From Staphylococcus phage Machias, in the sequence record MW349128.1: a stretch of DNA of 64,000 nucleotides. One strand, given 5' to 3'. The position numbers and the translations under genes were made by a program. Of the stretch, positions 19,236 through 28,339 are shown piece by piece (position 1 is the first letter of the stretch; each line of letters starts with the position of its first letter). Below the pieces are notes generated by a model. The model searched no databases. It saw only the letters and a program-made list of their open reading frames with translations, and was not told where the DNA came from.

Positions 19236-20198
19236 TTAACTAAATGTACCCCATGCTGGCCCTACACGTTTACCATTTCCTGTTGATTTACCAACCGGTA
19301 CATAAACATATTGACCTTTAAAGTTACCTGATACCCAAATATAACCATCAAAATCTTGAATTTCATCATATTTAATAGTATCTCCTTTAGCCATAAATGG
19401 ACCTTGCGGCCATCCAGTCCATGGACCACCTTTACGAGTTTTAATACCTACTGAAACACCACATTTAAATGTAGCTTTTTCAGTTTTCCATAGAATACCT
19501 GCAGAATTACGTTTCCAAGTTTTAGAAGTTACAGTTGAAGTTTTAGCTGGTTTAGCTGGAGCTTTCTTAGCAACTTCTTCTTTAGTAGCAACTTTAGTTG
19601 TTTTACTGTCTTTTGCAGTCGAAGTAACACCAGATTTCATATAAGCTAATACTTTTTTATCTACATTAGAAACACTACGAGACATACCGCACGCAGCTAA
19701 TAAGTTACCTGGATCTTGTTTATCTGCCTGAATATCTTGATGTCCAGGCATATTTGTGCTAGCGTTAATCTTATATGTTTTACATAAATAAGCTAATACA
19801 CGACAGTAATTATCAAATGATTTTAATGAACGATTACGGTCTGAGAAGTAACATCCTTCTACACCGATAGCACCGTCATTAGCATCAATACCGTACCAAG
19901 AGTTATCAGTTGGTGTATTGTACATAACATGCCAAGCTTTTTCATCTAAAGGAACACAAATAATGCATTCTTTATCGTCAACAAAGATATGAGCTGATGC
20001 TGTGTAGTTCCAATCGATATTATATGAATTACGATAGTAATCAACATTATTTTGAGCCGTTGTATTCGGGTTTCCTGTGTCATGAGCAACAATAAATTTA
20101 GGTCCGTTAAGCTTATCTCCAGCTCTACGAGTACCTATTGGTAAAAAATCAGTATATACAGGAACACCGTTCCATGTACCGATATGTTTTTTAGCCAT
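19236..20198 (-). CDS. N-acetylmuramoyl-L-alanine amidase (amidase_2/PGRP-like) plus C-terminal SH3b domain
   Basis: N-terminal amidase_2-like H...T...D/H pattern (FIVAHDTGNPNTTAQNNVDYY...MPGHQDIQADKQDPG). C-terminal SH3b is about 85% identical at DNA level to that of the 18323..19120 hydrolase. Confidence 0.75.
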   Translation of the reverse strand: MAKKHIGTWNGVPVYTDFLPIGTRRAGDKLNGPKFIVAHDTGNPNTTAQNNVDYYRNSYNIDWNYTASAHIFVDDKECIICVPLDEKAWHVMYNTPTDNSWYGIDANDGAIGVEGCYFSDRNRSLKSFDNYCRVLAYLCKTYKINASTNMPGHQDIQADKQDPGNLLAACGMSRSVSNVDKKVLAYMKSGVTSTAKDSKTTKVATKEEVAKKAPAKPAKTSTVTSKTWKRNSAGILWKTEKATFKCGVSVGIKTRKGGPWTGWPQGPFMAKGDTIKYDEIQDFDGYIWVSGNFKGQYVYVPVGKSTGNGKRVGPAWGTFS

Positions 20199-20239
20199 AA
20201 AAAATTTCCTCCATTTATTTTTATTATATTTACTTGTTC

Positions 20240-20473
20240 TTATTCTTCTTCTTTACTAGACCATTCTTCAGTATTCATAATATCTTGGGCTTCAGCTGCA
20301 TCAACAACTAAAACATTTTCTTCCTCTTGAATTCCATTATCTAAAATTTCAGCATATTCTAGATGACAAATAGTTTTATTTCCATCTACAGATTTTCTCC
20401 AATATTTAGTACTATATCCTAATTTCTCAAAAAATTCTACATTTGCAATTACAAATTTCATTACAAGTTCCAC
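20240..20473 (-). CDS. hypothetical small protein (77 aa), no TM segment
   Basis: ORF between the hydrolases and the LamG-like genes; acidic C-terminus; not holin-like. Confidence 0.3.
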   Translation of the reverse strand: MELVMKFVIANVEFFEKLGYSTKYWRKSVDGNKTICHLEYAEILDNGIQEEENVLVVDAAEAQDIMNTEEWSSKEEE

Positions 20474-21300
20474 CTTTCTTTTTCTAAATTATAGTTGTAC
20501 TGAATTTCTTGTTCAGTAAGCACTCTATCGTAAATTTTCATTGAATAGAGTTCATGTTCAAATCTTCTATAATAAGCTGTAGCATCTCCTTGACCTAAAA
20601 ATACTTTAAAATCTGTTTCTTGAGAAGTTGTAATTGTAATATCATTTAAAGGTTTCTCATCCTTTTTTACCCCATTTACATATAATGTAATTTTGTCGTT
20701 TTTATCAACTGTAGATACTAGATGAAATTCATCGCCATATTTATATCCTTCTGATTTACTAAATGAATAGGTACTTCTACCACCTTCAGCTCCATAGTAA
20801 GTAGAAGCAGAAATACTATATTCCTCAGAAGAAACTATATTATTGTCCTTTATAAACTGTAACCAAAATCTACCATATGTTTTACTGGTCATAAAAATTT
20901 CAGATCCTTTTTCTATAAGTTTATCTGACATTTTTAGTGTCATTTCAACTGAAAATTTTTGACCATTGTTAATTTTCTTCATATCTAACTGACTTACCGT
21001 TCCGTCAGGGTGTTTTGCCATAGGTATAATTCTATCATCAATACCATCAAATTTTAATCCTTTATTATAACCACTTTCAGAGTTATATAGGAAATTAAAA
21101 TGTTGTGCGTTTTCAGTAGATCTTCCAGTTAGGTCTTTGGTAACACCTTTATTAGTATCAATATTTTTCATACCATTAAAATCATACCATAAAACTAATC
21201 CATCTTTAATTGGGTTAGGGTATATTAATTTACTACCTTGATAAACAAAAGATATGGGATTATTGCCTAATCTAATTGTATTCATAATTATAACCCCCAT
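20461..21300 (-). CDS. LamG/concanavalin-like domain protein (paralog B)
   Basis: YPNPIKDGLVLWYDF...KFDGIDDRI... shared with the adjacent paralog (21288..22028). Confidence 0.5.
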   Translation of the reverse strand: MGVIIMNTIRLGNNPISFVYQGSKLIYPNPIKDGLVLWYDFNGMKNIDTNKGVTKDLTGRSTENAQHFNFLYNSESGYNKGLKFDGIDDRIIPMAKHPDGTVSQLDMKKINNGQKFSVEMTLKMSDKLIEKGSEIFMTSKTYGRFWLQFIKDNNIVSSEEYSISASTYYGAEGGRSTYSFSKSEGYKYGDEFHLVSTVDKNDKITLYVNGVKKDEKPLNDITITTSQETDFKVFLGQGDATAYYRRFEHELYSMKIYDRVLTEQEIQYNYNLEKERWNL

Positions 21301-22028
21301 CTTTCTTTTTCTAACTGATAATTATGTTTGATTTCTTCTTCAGTAAGAGTTCTGTTATATATTCTAGTTGACATTAAACTTCCTTCTAAATCATTCATAA
21401 TCTCTATATCAAACATTTTTTCATATTGAGGTTTTATTTCTGTAGTGTTTGATCCGTTTTCTTTATAATCTCCATTAATATAACATTTAATTCCATTAGG
21501 ACTGAAAACTGCAGTAAAATGAAAAGCTTCTGAACCAACCTCGAATACATTTCTCGATAGGTAATTTCTATTCCATCCATCTTCCTTTAAAGAATTTTTC
21601 ATGCACAACATCAATTGATTTGAATCATGATAAGTTAAGGACCAACCCATATAATAACCACAATATATTATATGATTTGTTCCACTATTTTCAGTTGCAT
21701 TCATTTTTCCAGTCCATTCTACAGTTAAATTATCTAACATAAATCTACCATCAGAACCATCAACAATTATCTTGTCATCTATTCCGTCAAAATTAAGATT
21801 ATTATTACTATATCCACTTTCACTATTAAAAGCAAAATTATTTAATTTTCCATCATTATCAATATTTATCATATTTTTTGCAATACTTTTATTAGCACTA
21901 TCATTTTTCATGCTTGCAAAATCATACCATAGAATTAAACCATCTTTAATAGGATTCGGATAGATTAAATCTTTACCTTTATATAGAAAAGATGATTTAA
22001 GACTTCCTATATTTATCATTTTAGTCAT
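21288..22028 (-). CDS. LamG/concanavalin-like domain protein (paralog A)
   Basis: YPNPIKDGLILWYDF...NFDGIDDKI...; tandem duplicate of the 20461..21300 gene. Confidence 0.5.
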   Translation of the reverse strand: MTKMINIGSLKSSFLYKGKDLIYPNPIKDGLILWYDFASMKNDSANKSIAKNMINIDNDGKLNNFAFNSESGYSNNNLNFDGIDDKIIVDGSDGRFMLDNLTVEWTGKMNATENSGTNHIIYCGYYMGWSLTYHDSNQLMLCMKNSLKEDGWNRNYLSRNVFEVGSEAFHFTAVFSPNGIKCYINGDYKENGSNTTEIKPQYEKMFDIEIMNDLEGSLMSTRIYNRTLTEEEIKHNYQLEKERWGL

Positions 22029-22033
22029 CCTTT

Positions 22034-23188
22034 CTATATAATAAAGTAAAGAGTATTAGGGTCTTTTTCTTCTAAAGTTTCATACTCTTCTCTAGTAAAA
22101 ACTTTAGGAGGAGCTGAATCACCTTTTTCACCTTTTAAGTTAGATAACTGTCCCTCAGTGAAATCAGAATATTTGAAGGGGTCGCCTTTTTCACCTTTTA
22201 ATTCTTCTTTATCTTTAGTAGTTAAATCATTAAAAGTTAATTTATCTCCTTTTTCACCTTTTAATTCATTTAACTGTTCTTCTGTAAAATCAGAATATTT
22301 GAAGGGGTCGCCTTTTTCACCTTTTAAGTTAGATAACTGTTCCTCTGTAAAATCAGAATATTTGAACGGTTCTCCTTGAGGGCCTTGAGGACCTTGATCA
22401 CCTTCATACATTTCAGCATTTTCTATCATATAATTTTTAAGATTCTCTTTATAATCTAATAAATTATTTTCAAAATCGTTTATTCTATTATTAAATGATT
22501 CTTGTGAAGATTTTAATTCTTCAGATTTATCTTTTATAAGGTTTAATTTTTCTTCAACTTTAATTACACTATTTTCCATATCCTTAATATAATTTGCAGT
22601 TTCACTTAAACTTTGCATTTCATCATTAAGACTCATTGTATTGTTATAATTACTATTGAACTGTTCTTTGACTTTTTCAAAATCAGATAAAGTGGCTTTC
22701 ATATCATTCAACTTAGTATTCATATCTTCTATTGTTGAAATCACATCTTCTTTTTCAGATTGAAGATCTGATTTTTTATTTTCTATGCTGTTTTTAAATT
22801 CATCAAGATCACTTAAGTATGCATCAAGATTATCAGTGTCAATTGAATTTTCTTTAACTTTGTTAAATTTATCTTCCATTTCTTTATTAATCTTTTCACT
22901 GTCATTAGACATAATCTTTATTTGTTTAAGTATTTCATTAACTTGTAGATACTTTAGTTCAATAAATTCTTCTACCGATTTTATTTCTTCAACTTCGTAT
23001 TTCCCATCTTCATTTATATCTACATAATCATATTCAGTTATTCTCTTATATTGTATATTCATTAAGTCATATAATTTTAAAATATCTTTATCAACATAAA
23101 AAGGTTTATTTATTGGTCCCATTCCTTTATTAGGTATATATGTTTTATGGGGAACCGTTATTAAAACTTTACCATCTTCTTTATTCAA
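22034..23188 (-). CDS. fiber-like protein with coiled-coil, short collagen-like GPQGPQGEP segment and tandem KGEKGDPFKYSDFTEEQL repeats
   Basis: N-terminal anchor motif shared with the 17713..18237 ORF. Four 22-aa repeats. DNA-level tandem repeats at 22130..22380. Confidence 0.55.
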   Translation of the reverse strand: MNKEDGKVLITVPHKTYIPNKGMGPINKPFYVDKDILKLYDLMNIQYKRITEYDYVDINEDGKYEVEEIKSVEEFIELKYLQVNEILKQIKIMSNDSEKINKEMEDKFNKVKENSIDTDNLDAYLSDLDEFKNSIENKKSDLQSEKEDVISTIEDMNTKLNDMKATLSDFEKVKEQFNSNYNNTMSLNDEMQSLSETANYIKDMENSVIKVEEKLNLIKDKSEELKSSQESFNNRINDFENNLLDYKENLKNYMIENAEMYEGDQGPQGPQGEPFKYSDFTEEQLSNLKGEKGDPFKYSDFTEEQLNELKGEKGDKLTFNDLTTKDKEELKGEKGDPFKYSDFTEGQLSNLKGEKGDSAPPKVFTREEYETLEEKDPNTLYFII

Positions 23189-23359
23189 AAGGTTTCTCCT
23201 ACTTTCTGTTTAAATTTTTTCAAATAAATCCCCCTAATACACTTTATAAATCGATGATTGTCTCTTATTTTTAAATTGGCTCATCGTTTAGTAATGTATT
23301 AGGGTATTTATTCAAAACAGCGAAAAATAATTAATATTATATAATAATGTTATAAAATT

Positions 23360-25276
23360 CTAACCATTAATAATTTTAAAAATATTTTCGTTCAATAGAT
23401 TTTGTTCTAATCTATCTTCATTCATTAGCATTTCTTTTAATTCTTTTTCACTTTTATCTTCAAAATCAATAGTTTTTCCATTGATAATTAATGATGATTC
23501 ACTAACTTTAATTTCTTTATTGATATTAAGATCATTGATATTTTCACTTAAAGCTTTTTTGAATTTTTCTTCATCTTTATTAGGTACATTTTCATAAGCT
23601 TCAAAAACAATATCTTCATAGAATTCTTCTAAAGACTCTTGATGACCTTCATATAATACTTCATCTTTATTTTTCATTTCAGCATTAATTGATTCTTCTA
23701 ATTGTTCTAGATCAACTTCATTATTATTAAGTTCCTCTTTTACACTATGATCAACTTCATCTAAAGGATTTAAAAAGTTTTCTAAAATTCCATTTAGTGA
23801 TTCATTAGTGACACGTTGTAATAATTGAGTATTGAATTCTTCTTTAAGTGAATCAAAATCAATTTCATTACTAGTGTAAAGTTCTTTAAGTAATTTATTT
23901 CCTTTAGGAGCTACAACAATTACTTTCTTAAATCCTTTACCAAAGTCAACTTTATCTACAAGTAAAGAAGATGGATTATATACAGAAGGAGTTTGTGAAT
24001 AAGATTCTTTAGATACAACTATATCTACACGTTTACCTAATGATTCGGAAATTGTAGTTGCATATCTTAATAAATCTTTAGGTGAAAATTCTTCATTAGT
24101 TTCAAATTCATTAATAACTTTAGTTTTAAATTCAACATCATCAGAACCACAATTTTCACAAACTAATTCAGCTTCATTAACGTTAGGGTCAACTTCTTCT
24201 TGAACACCACACTCATTACAGATAACTTCTCCAATTTCTTTTTCTTGTTTAATCGCTTCATTCATATCTTTGCTACAATTTTCACAGATTAATTCATTGG
24301 ATTCATTAAGAGAAAGTTTACTACCACAATCTTCACAAATTTGTTGACCGTTTTTAATTTTTCCAGTTTCATTTAATAATCCACGCATAGTTTCAATTGA
24401 TTCATTAGTAACAAAAATTTGTTTTCTACTTTTAGATTCTAATTTAAAAGTATTTAAAATGGATTCACTAATTTTCTTAACTTCACCATTAAAAGCTTTT
24501 ACAATAGCAGTATCGTAATTTTCATTTACTTTAACAAAAGGAAATGCTTTATTTTCCTCATCTACGTAAGTTTCATTCGCAACAATATTTTTACTTTGAT
24601 TTTTTACTTCACTAGATTCAGGTGTACCTATTGTATATCCTACTTCGGCATCAGTATCTAACAAAGCATTTTTTAAATCTACAAAAGTAAATTCAGGTTT
24701 AGGGTCTTTATCGTATAAATAAGTTTCAGTAACTGCTCCTCCAACACTAGCTGTACCGTTAGCTGTTGACATTCCTCCATCACTAACAGAAGGTGCTGAA
24801 GTACTTGCACTAGATGTATTAACTCCATAAGTTGAATGAGGACCAAAAGTAGTAGGAACTACCATTTGAGAATCTAAGAATTTAGCTCTTAATTCAGTAT
24901 AACCAGGTTGTGTTTCTTCTTCATCTTCTTTATCATCTTCATTAAATAAAAGATTTTCTTGAACGTCATTATTTGCAGTATCAACATCAATTACTTCATC
25001 TTTATCTAAGATAATAGGATTATCGTATTCAGGATCATCAGAATCAATAATTTTTACATTATCTTCTTCTTCAGCATCTTCTATTTCATCAAGATCATCA
25101 GATTCCTCATCATCAATTTCTTCTTCATTGATTAATTTATTGAAAGTTTCTTCAATTTCTTCATCATCTTCAGGAATATCTCTTTTTAATTCCTCATCAT
25201 TACTATCTAAATCATTTCCTTCATATAAAAACATATCTTCTTCATTTAAATCTGTTTTATTTATTTTTTTAGACAT
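23360..25276 (-). CDS. acidic protein with two CxxC...CxxC zinc-ribbon-like motifs (638 aa)
   Basis: CEDCGSKLSLNESNELICENCS and CNECGVQEEVDPNVNEAELVCENCG; highly acidic N-terminus. Paralogous to the 28340..29383 and 27712..28302 ORFs. Confidence 0.5.
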   Translation of the reverse strand: MSKKINKTDLNEEDMFLYEGNDLDSNDEELKRDIPEDDEEIEETFNKLINEEEIDDEESDDLDEIEDAEEEDNVKIIDSDDPEYDNPIILDKDEVIDVDTANNDVQENLLFNEDDKEDEEETQPGYTELRAKFLDSQMVVPTTFGPHSTYGVNTSSASTSAPSVSDGGMSTANGTASVGGAVTETYLYDKDPKPEFTFVDLKNALLDTDAEVGYTIGTPESSEVKNQSKNIVANETYVDEENKAFPFVKVNENYDTAIVKAFNGEVKKISESILNTFKLESKSRKQIFVTNESIETMRGLLNETGKIKNGQQICEDCGSKLSLNESNELICENCSKDMNEAIKQEKEIGEVICNECGVQEEVDPNVNEAELVCENCGSDDVEFKTKVINEFETNEEFSPKDLLRYATTISESLGKRVDIVVSKESYSQTPSVYNPSSLLVDKVDFGKGFKKVIVVAPKGNKLLKELYTSNEIDFDSLKEEFNTQLLQRVTNESLNGILENFLNPLDEVDHSVKEELNNNEVDLEQLEESINAEMKNKDEVLYEGHQESLEEFYEDIVFEAYENVPNKDEEKFKKALSENINDLNINKEIKVSESSLIINGKTIDFEDKSEKELKEMLMNEDRLEQNLLNENIFKIING

Positions 25277-25314
25277 ATTAAAATTCTCCTTTATTTTCTG
25301 TATTTTACAGTTTA

Positions 25315-26583
25315 TTATTTTTTAAATTTAGATTCAATATTATTTTTTATAATAAATAATATGCATGGTAATAATATATAATCTTCCATATCTAATTCAA
25401 ACTTATCATCATAATACTTAAATATTTTATCAAGAATTTTTTCATCAATATTATCTTTTTGTAAATAAAGTACAATTAATTTATAACGTTCATCAAGATC
25501 AGTTAAACTATTTACACCTTGATAATCTTCATTAATTCTATTAATCTTACTTATATTAGATAATTCGGTGAAATCATTCATATCATTTAATATTTTTGTA
25601 TCATGAAGAACTTTATTCATAAAGTTAATCTCCAAATATTTCTCTCTAAACATCTTTAAAAAGTTATCTTTAGTTTCATTTAAAGTTATTATATTAGGTA
25701 ATTCTTTTCTATCTTTCAATCTTTCATATAAAGAATATTTATAATTCTTTTGGTTTATTCTTTCATTTTTAGGATTTTTATCTTTATAAGGCATTATGTT
25801 TGATAAGTAGGTACTAGACTTTACTAATAAATTATTATCGTATATAAATCTAGATAAATTTAAATCTATATATTTTATATTTGCTACTGCACTAATTTCA
25901 TCTTCATAATAAATGAATGTATTTAATGAAGAATTATAGAAATTATCAATAATTAACGCAGATATTTCATCGGAGTATTTAATACTATTATTAACTTGAT
26001 AGAAATCTTCTTCTAATATTAATGATTTATTATCTGTACCAATATTAGAAAATACAGTTCTATAAGTATTAGAAACTTGTCTTTCAATATCTTCTGTATT
26101 TACATTAAAATTCTGGTAACTTATTTTATAATATGATGAATTTTCTAATGAACTCATTTCTACATTATTTACTCTATATATTCTACTAGTTGCATTTTCT
26201 TTAGATTGATACTGAAATACAATAAAATCATCTGGAAGAGGTTCAATAGTTCCAGGTAATATTACAGCTTCACTTTCTAAATCTTTTTCAGTTCCCCACT
26301 CTTCATCCCATTCTATAGTAGGATTCATTTCAGTAACAGAATATATAGGAAAATCTTTTAATTTATTATATTTAAGTGGAGAATTATCTCCAACAATTTC
26401 TTCAACATTATCTAATGATCTATCTGAGGTTGAGTTCTCATGATCTTTACTGTAATAAGTAACAAAACTAGGAGCTCCAGCTTGGAATTTACTATACTTT
26501 TCAGTACCTGAAAGATATGAAGATACATAACTATTTACAATATCTTTCGGTTGAAGATCATCATTACTAATAAAATAACCCAT
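25315..26583 (-). CDS. hypothetical protein (422 aa)
   Basis: Long ORF with RBS GTGAGGAAA; no motifs. Confidence 0.5.
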   Translation of the reverse strand: MGYFISNDDLQPKDIVNSYVSSYLSGTEKYSKFQAGAPSFVTYYSKDHENSTSDRSLDNVEEIVGDNSPLKYNKLKDFPIYSVTEMNPTIEWDEEWGTEKDLESEAVILPGTIEPLPDDFIVFQYQSKENATSRIYRVNNVEMSSLENSSYYKISYQNFNVNTEDIERQVSNTYRTVFSNIGTDNKSLILEEDFYQVNNSIKYSDEISALIIDNFYNSSLNTFIYYEDEISAVANIKYIDLNLSRFIYDNNLLVKSSTYLSNIMPYKDKNPKNERINQKNYKYSLYERLKDRKELPNIITLNETKDNFLKMFREKYLEINFMNKVLHDTKILNDMNDFTELSNISKINRINEDYQGVNSLTDLDERYKLIVLYLQKDNIDEKILDKIFKYYDDKFELDMEDYILLPCILFIIKNNIESKFKK

Positions 26584-26668
26584 TAATTTTCCTCACTTTC
26601 TTATTATTATTATTATTTATACGATATGTTAATGTTAACATTAAATTTATATAAAAAATAATAATAAA

Positions 26669-27667
26669 ATGAGGGAAGATACTATGTTAGAGATGAAAGA
26701 ATATGAAATAGATTTTGTTAAAGAATCAATTTCTTTTTATGAAGTAATTAATGAAGAAGAATCTTCAAATAAAAATAAAAAGAGTGTATTAGAAAAGATT
26801 AAGAAAATGCTTTTAAAAATTAAAAATTTCTTAGTAAATATTTATAAGAAATTCAAGAAATTTATAGTTAATCTAATTAATAAAATTAAAGATTATTCTA
26901 AGAAAGAGGAAGCATATATAGCTGAAATAGATAAAGTTAAAAAAGAAAATGAAAAAATTAAAAAAGCAAATTCAAGTAATTATATTATTCATGCTTCAGA
27001 GAAAAAAGAAATTAATGATAAAATAATGTCTAAGAAAAAAGCTTTAAGTGAAATTAAAATAAGAGATGGTTATGAAGGATTAATCGAAAAAGGTAATATA
27101 GGATTATTAAAAGAACTTTATACATTAACTGAAATTAAATATTTCTTTATGTCATTAAAAGGTGAAGTTGATATAAACAGTTCAGAAAAAGAAGTTAAAA
27201 AAAGTGTAAAACACTTAGATGAATTAATATCTGATTATAGAAATTATAAGAGTTCTTTAAAAACTATTTCAGCTGAAGAAGCAATTAATGAAACTAATGC
27301 TAGTGATATTAAATATTATAGTATGAAAAAAATTGATAGCTTCACAAATGAATTAAAATTATTCTCTAAAGATATGGATAAAATTTATAAAGAAGTTGAA
27401 GGAGAACTTAATGAGGATTTAGAAAGAGCAGAGTATTGTATTAAAGCAGTTAAGAATCCAGAATCAATTATAACTAAAGAAGACATAGATGAACTTAATA
27501 TGTTTATTGCATCAAATAGAAAGAAATTAACTTATATTAATTTCTTAAATACTGAGATTTCTTATATTATTCCTACAATTGTAACTGAAAGAAAAAATAT
27601 TCTTAAAGCAGTCAAACTAGGTATAGAAATTGAAACGTTACAAAATAAATTAAAATTAATTAAATAA
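26669..27667 (+). CDS. hypothetical protein, member of a four-gene paralog family (N-terminal ...K(K/E)FFxKIxxAxxEAxKKFxTFFV motif)
   Basis: MLEMKEYEIDFVKESISFYEV...KKMLLKIKNFLVNIYKKFKKFIVNL shares the motif with the 54489, 55486 and 56114 ORFs. Confidence 0.5.
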   Translation: MREDTMLEMKEYEIDFVKESISFYEVINEEESSNKNKKSVLEKIKKMLLKIKNFLVNIYKKFKKFIVNLINKIKDYSKKEEAYIAEIDKVKKENEKIKKANSSNYIIHASEKKEINDKIMSKKKALSEIKIRDGYEGLIEKGNIGLLKELYTLTEIKYFFMSLKGEVDINSSEKEVKKSVKHLDELISDYRNYKSSLKTISAEEAINETNASDIKYYSMKKIDSFTNELKLFSKDMDKIYKEVEGELNEDLERAEYCIKAVKNPESIITKEDIDELNMFIASNRKKLTYINFLNTEISYIIPTIVTERKNILKAVKLGIEIETLQNKLKLIK

Positions 27668-27674
27668 TAATAAT

Positions 27675-27706
27675 ATCCCAATACCTATTAATTTAGGTAT
27701 TGGGAT
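27675..27706. terminator. bidirectional terminator, conserved hairpin family (ATCCCAATACCT...AGGTATTGGGAT)
   Basis: Between convergent genes 26669..27667 (plus) and 27712..28302 (minus). Confidence 0.6.
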
Positions 27707-27711
27707 AATTT

Positions 27712-28302
27712 TTATAAACCGAATTCTTTATCTAAAGATTCTTCTAAAGAATCTAATTCTTTTTTATTATCATTTTCTTCTTTATTTTCTTCAGATAAAA
27801 TTTGCTCTGTAACGCCTTCTAAATATTCAAATAATTTGTCTTCAAAATCTTCATTAATACCTAATTCTTCCATACTTTCATTAACTGATTTAGATTTCTT
27901 AGGTTTTTTATCTGCTTTAGTTGTTTTAAATATTTTTAATAAATCTTTTCCATGTTTATTTTGGAATGATACAGCTTCTTGCATTGTTCCGAAACGATTA
28001 TAAATAAAAACGCTTCTATCAAAGAAACTCTGCTTACCATTAGGTTTAGTAAAAGAAAATACTAAACTTAATTCGTAATCTATAGTATGAGAATCCTTAC
28101 GTGTAGTAGCATGTGTAAATAATTTAGCGTCAGAATAATTTATCTTATAGCCTTTTTTAACTTCAATACTGTATTTCTTTTTAGCTACACGTACAGCAAA
28201 TTTTTCTTTAATTTCTTCAGGAGTTAATCCTATAAAAATTTTTCTAGCTACTTTTTTAGCTTTATCTAATTTTTTACCTTCTTGAATGTAAATATCTTCC
28301 AT
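27712..28302 (-). CDS. hypothetical protein paralogous to the C-terminal half of the 28340..29383 ORF
   Basis: KHGKDLLKIFKTTKADKKPK matches SNGNKFISIFKKAPDKKPK. The C-terminal ...SLEESLDKEFGL is identical to residues 10-21 of the 28340..29383 product (about 30 nt identical DNA). Confidence 0.45.
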   Translation of the reverse strand: MEDIYIQEGKKLDKAKKVARKIFIGLTPEEIKEKFAVRVAKKKYSIEVKKGYKINYSDAKLFTHATTRKDSHTIDYELSLVFSFTKPNGKQSFFDRSVFIYNRFGTMQEAVSFQNKHGKDLLKIFKTTKADKKPKKSKSVNESMEELGINEDFEDKLFEYLEGVTEQILSEENKEENDNKKELDSLEESLDKEFGL

Positions 28303-28339
28303 AATTTATTTCCTACCTTTTTTTTATTTTTAATAATTA

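Noticed and set aside
20240-20473. The 20240..20473 ORF as the holin of the hydrolase cluster
   Set aside because: 77 aa, acidic, with no predicted transmembrane segment.
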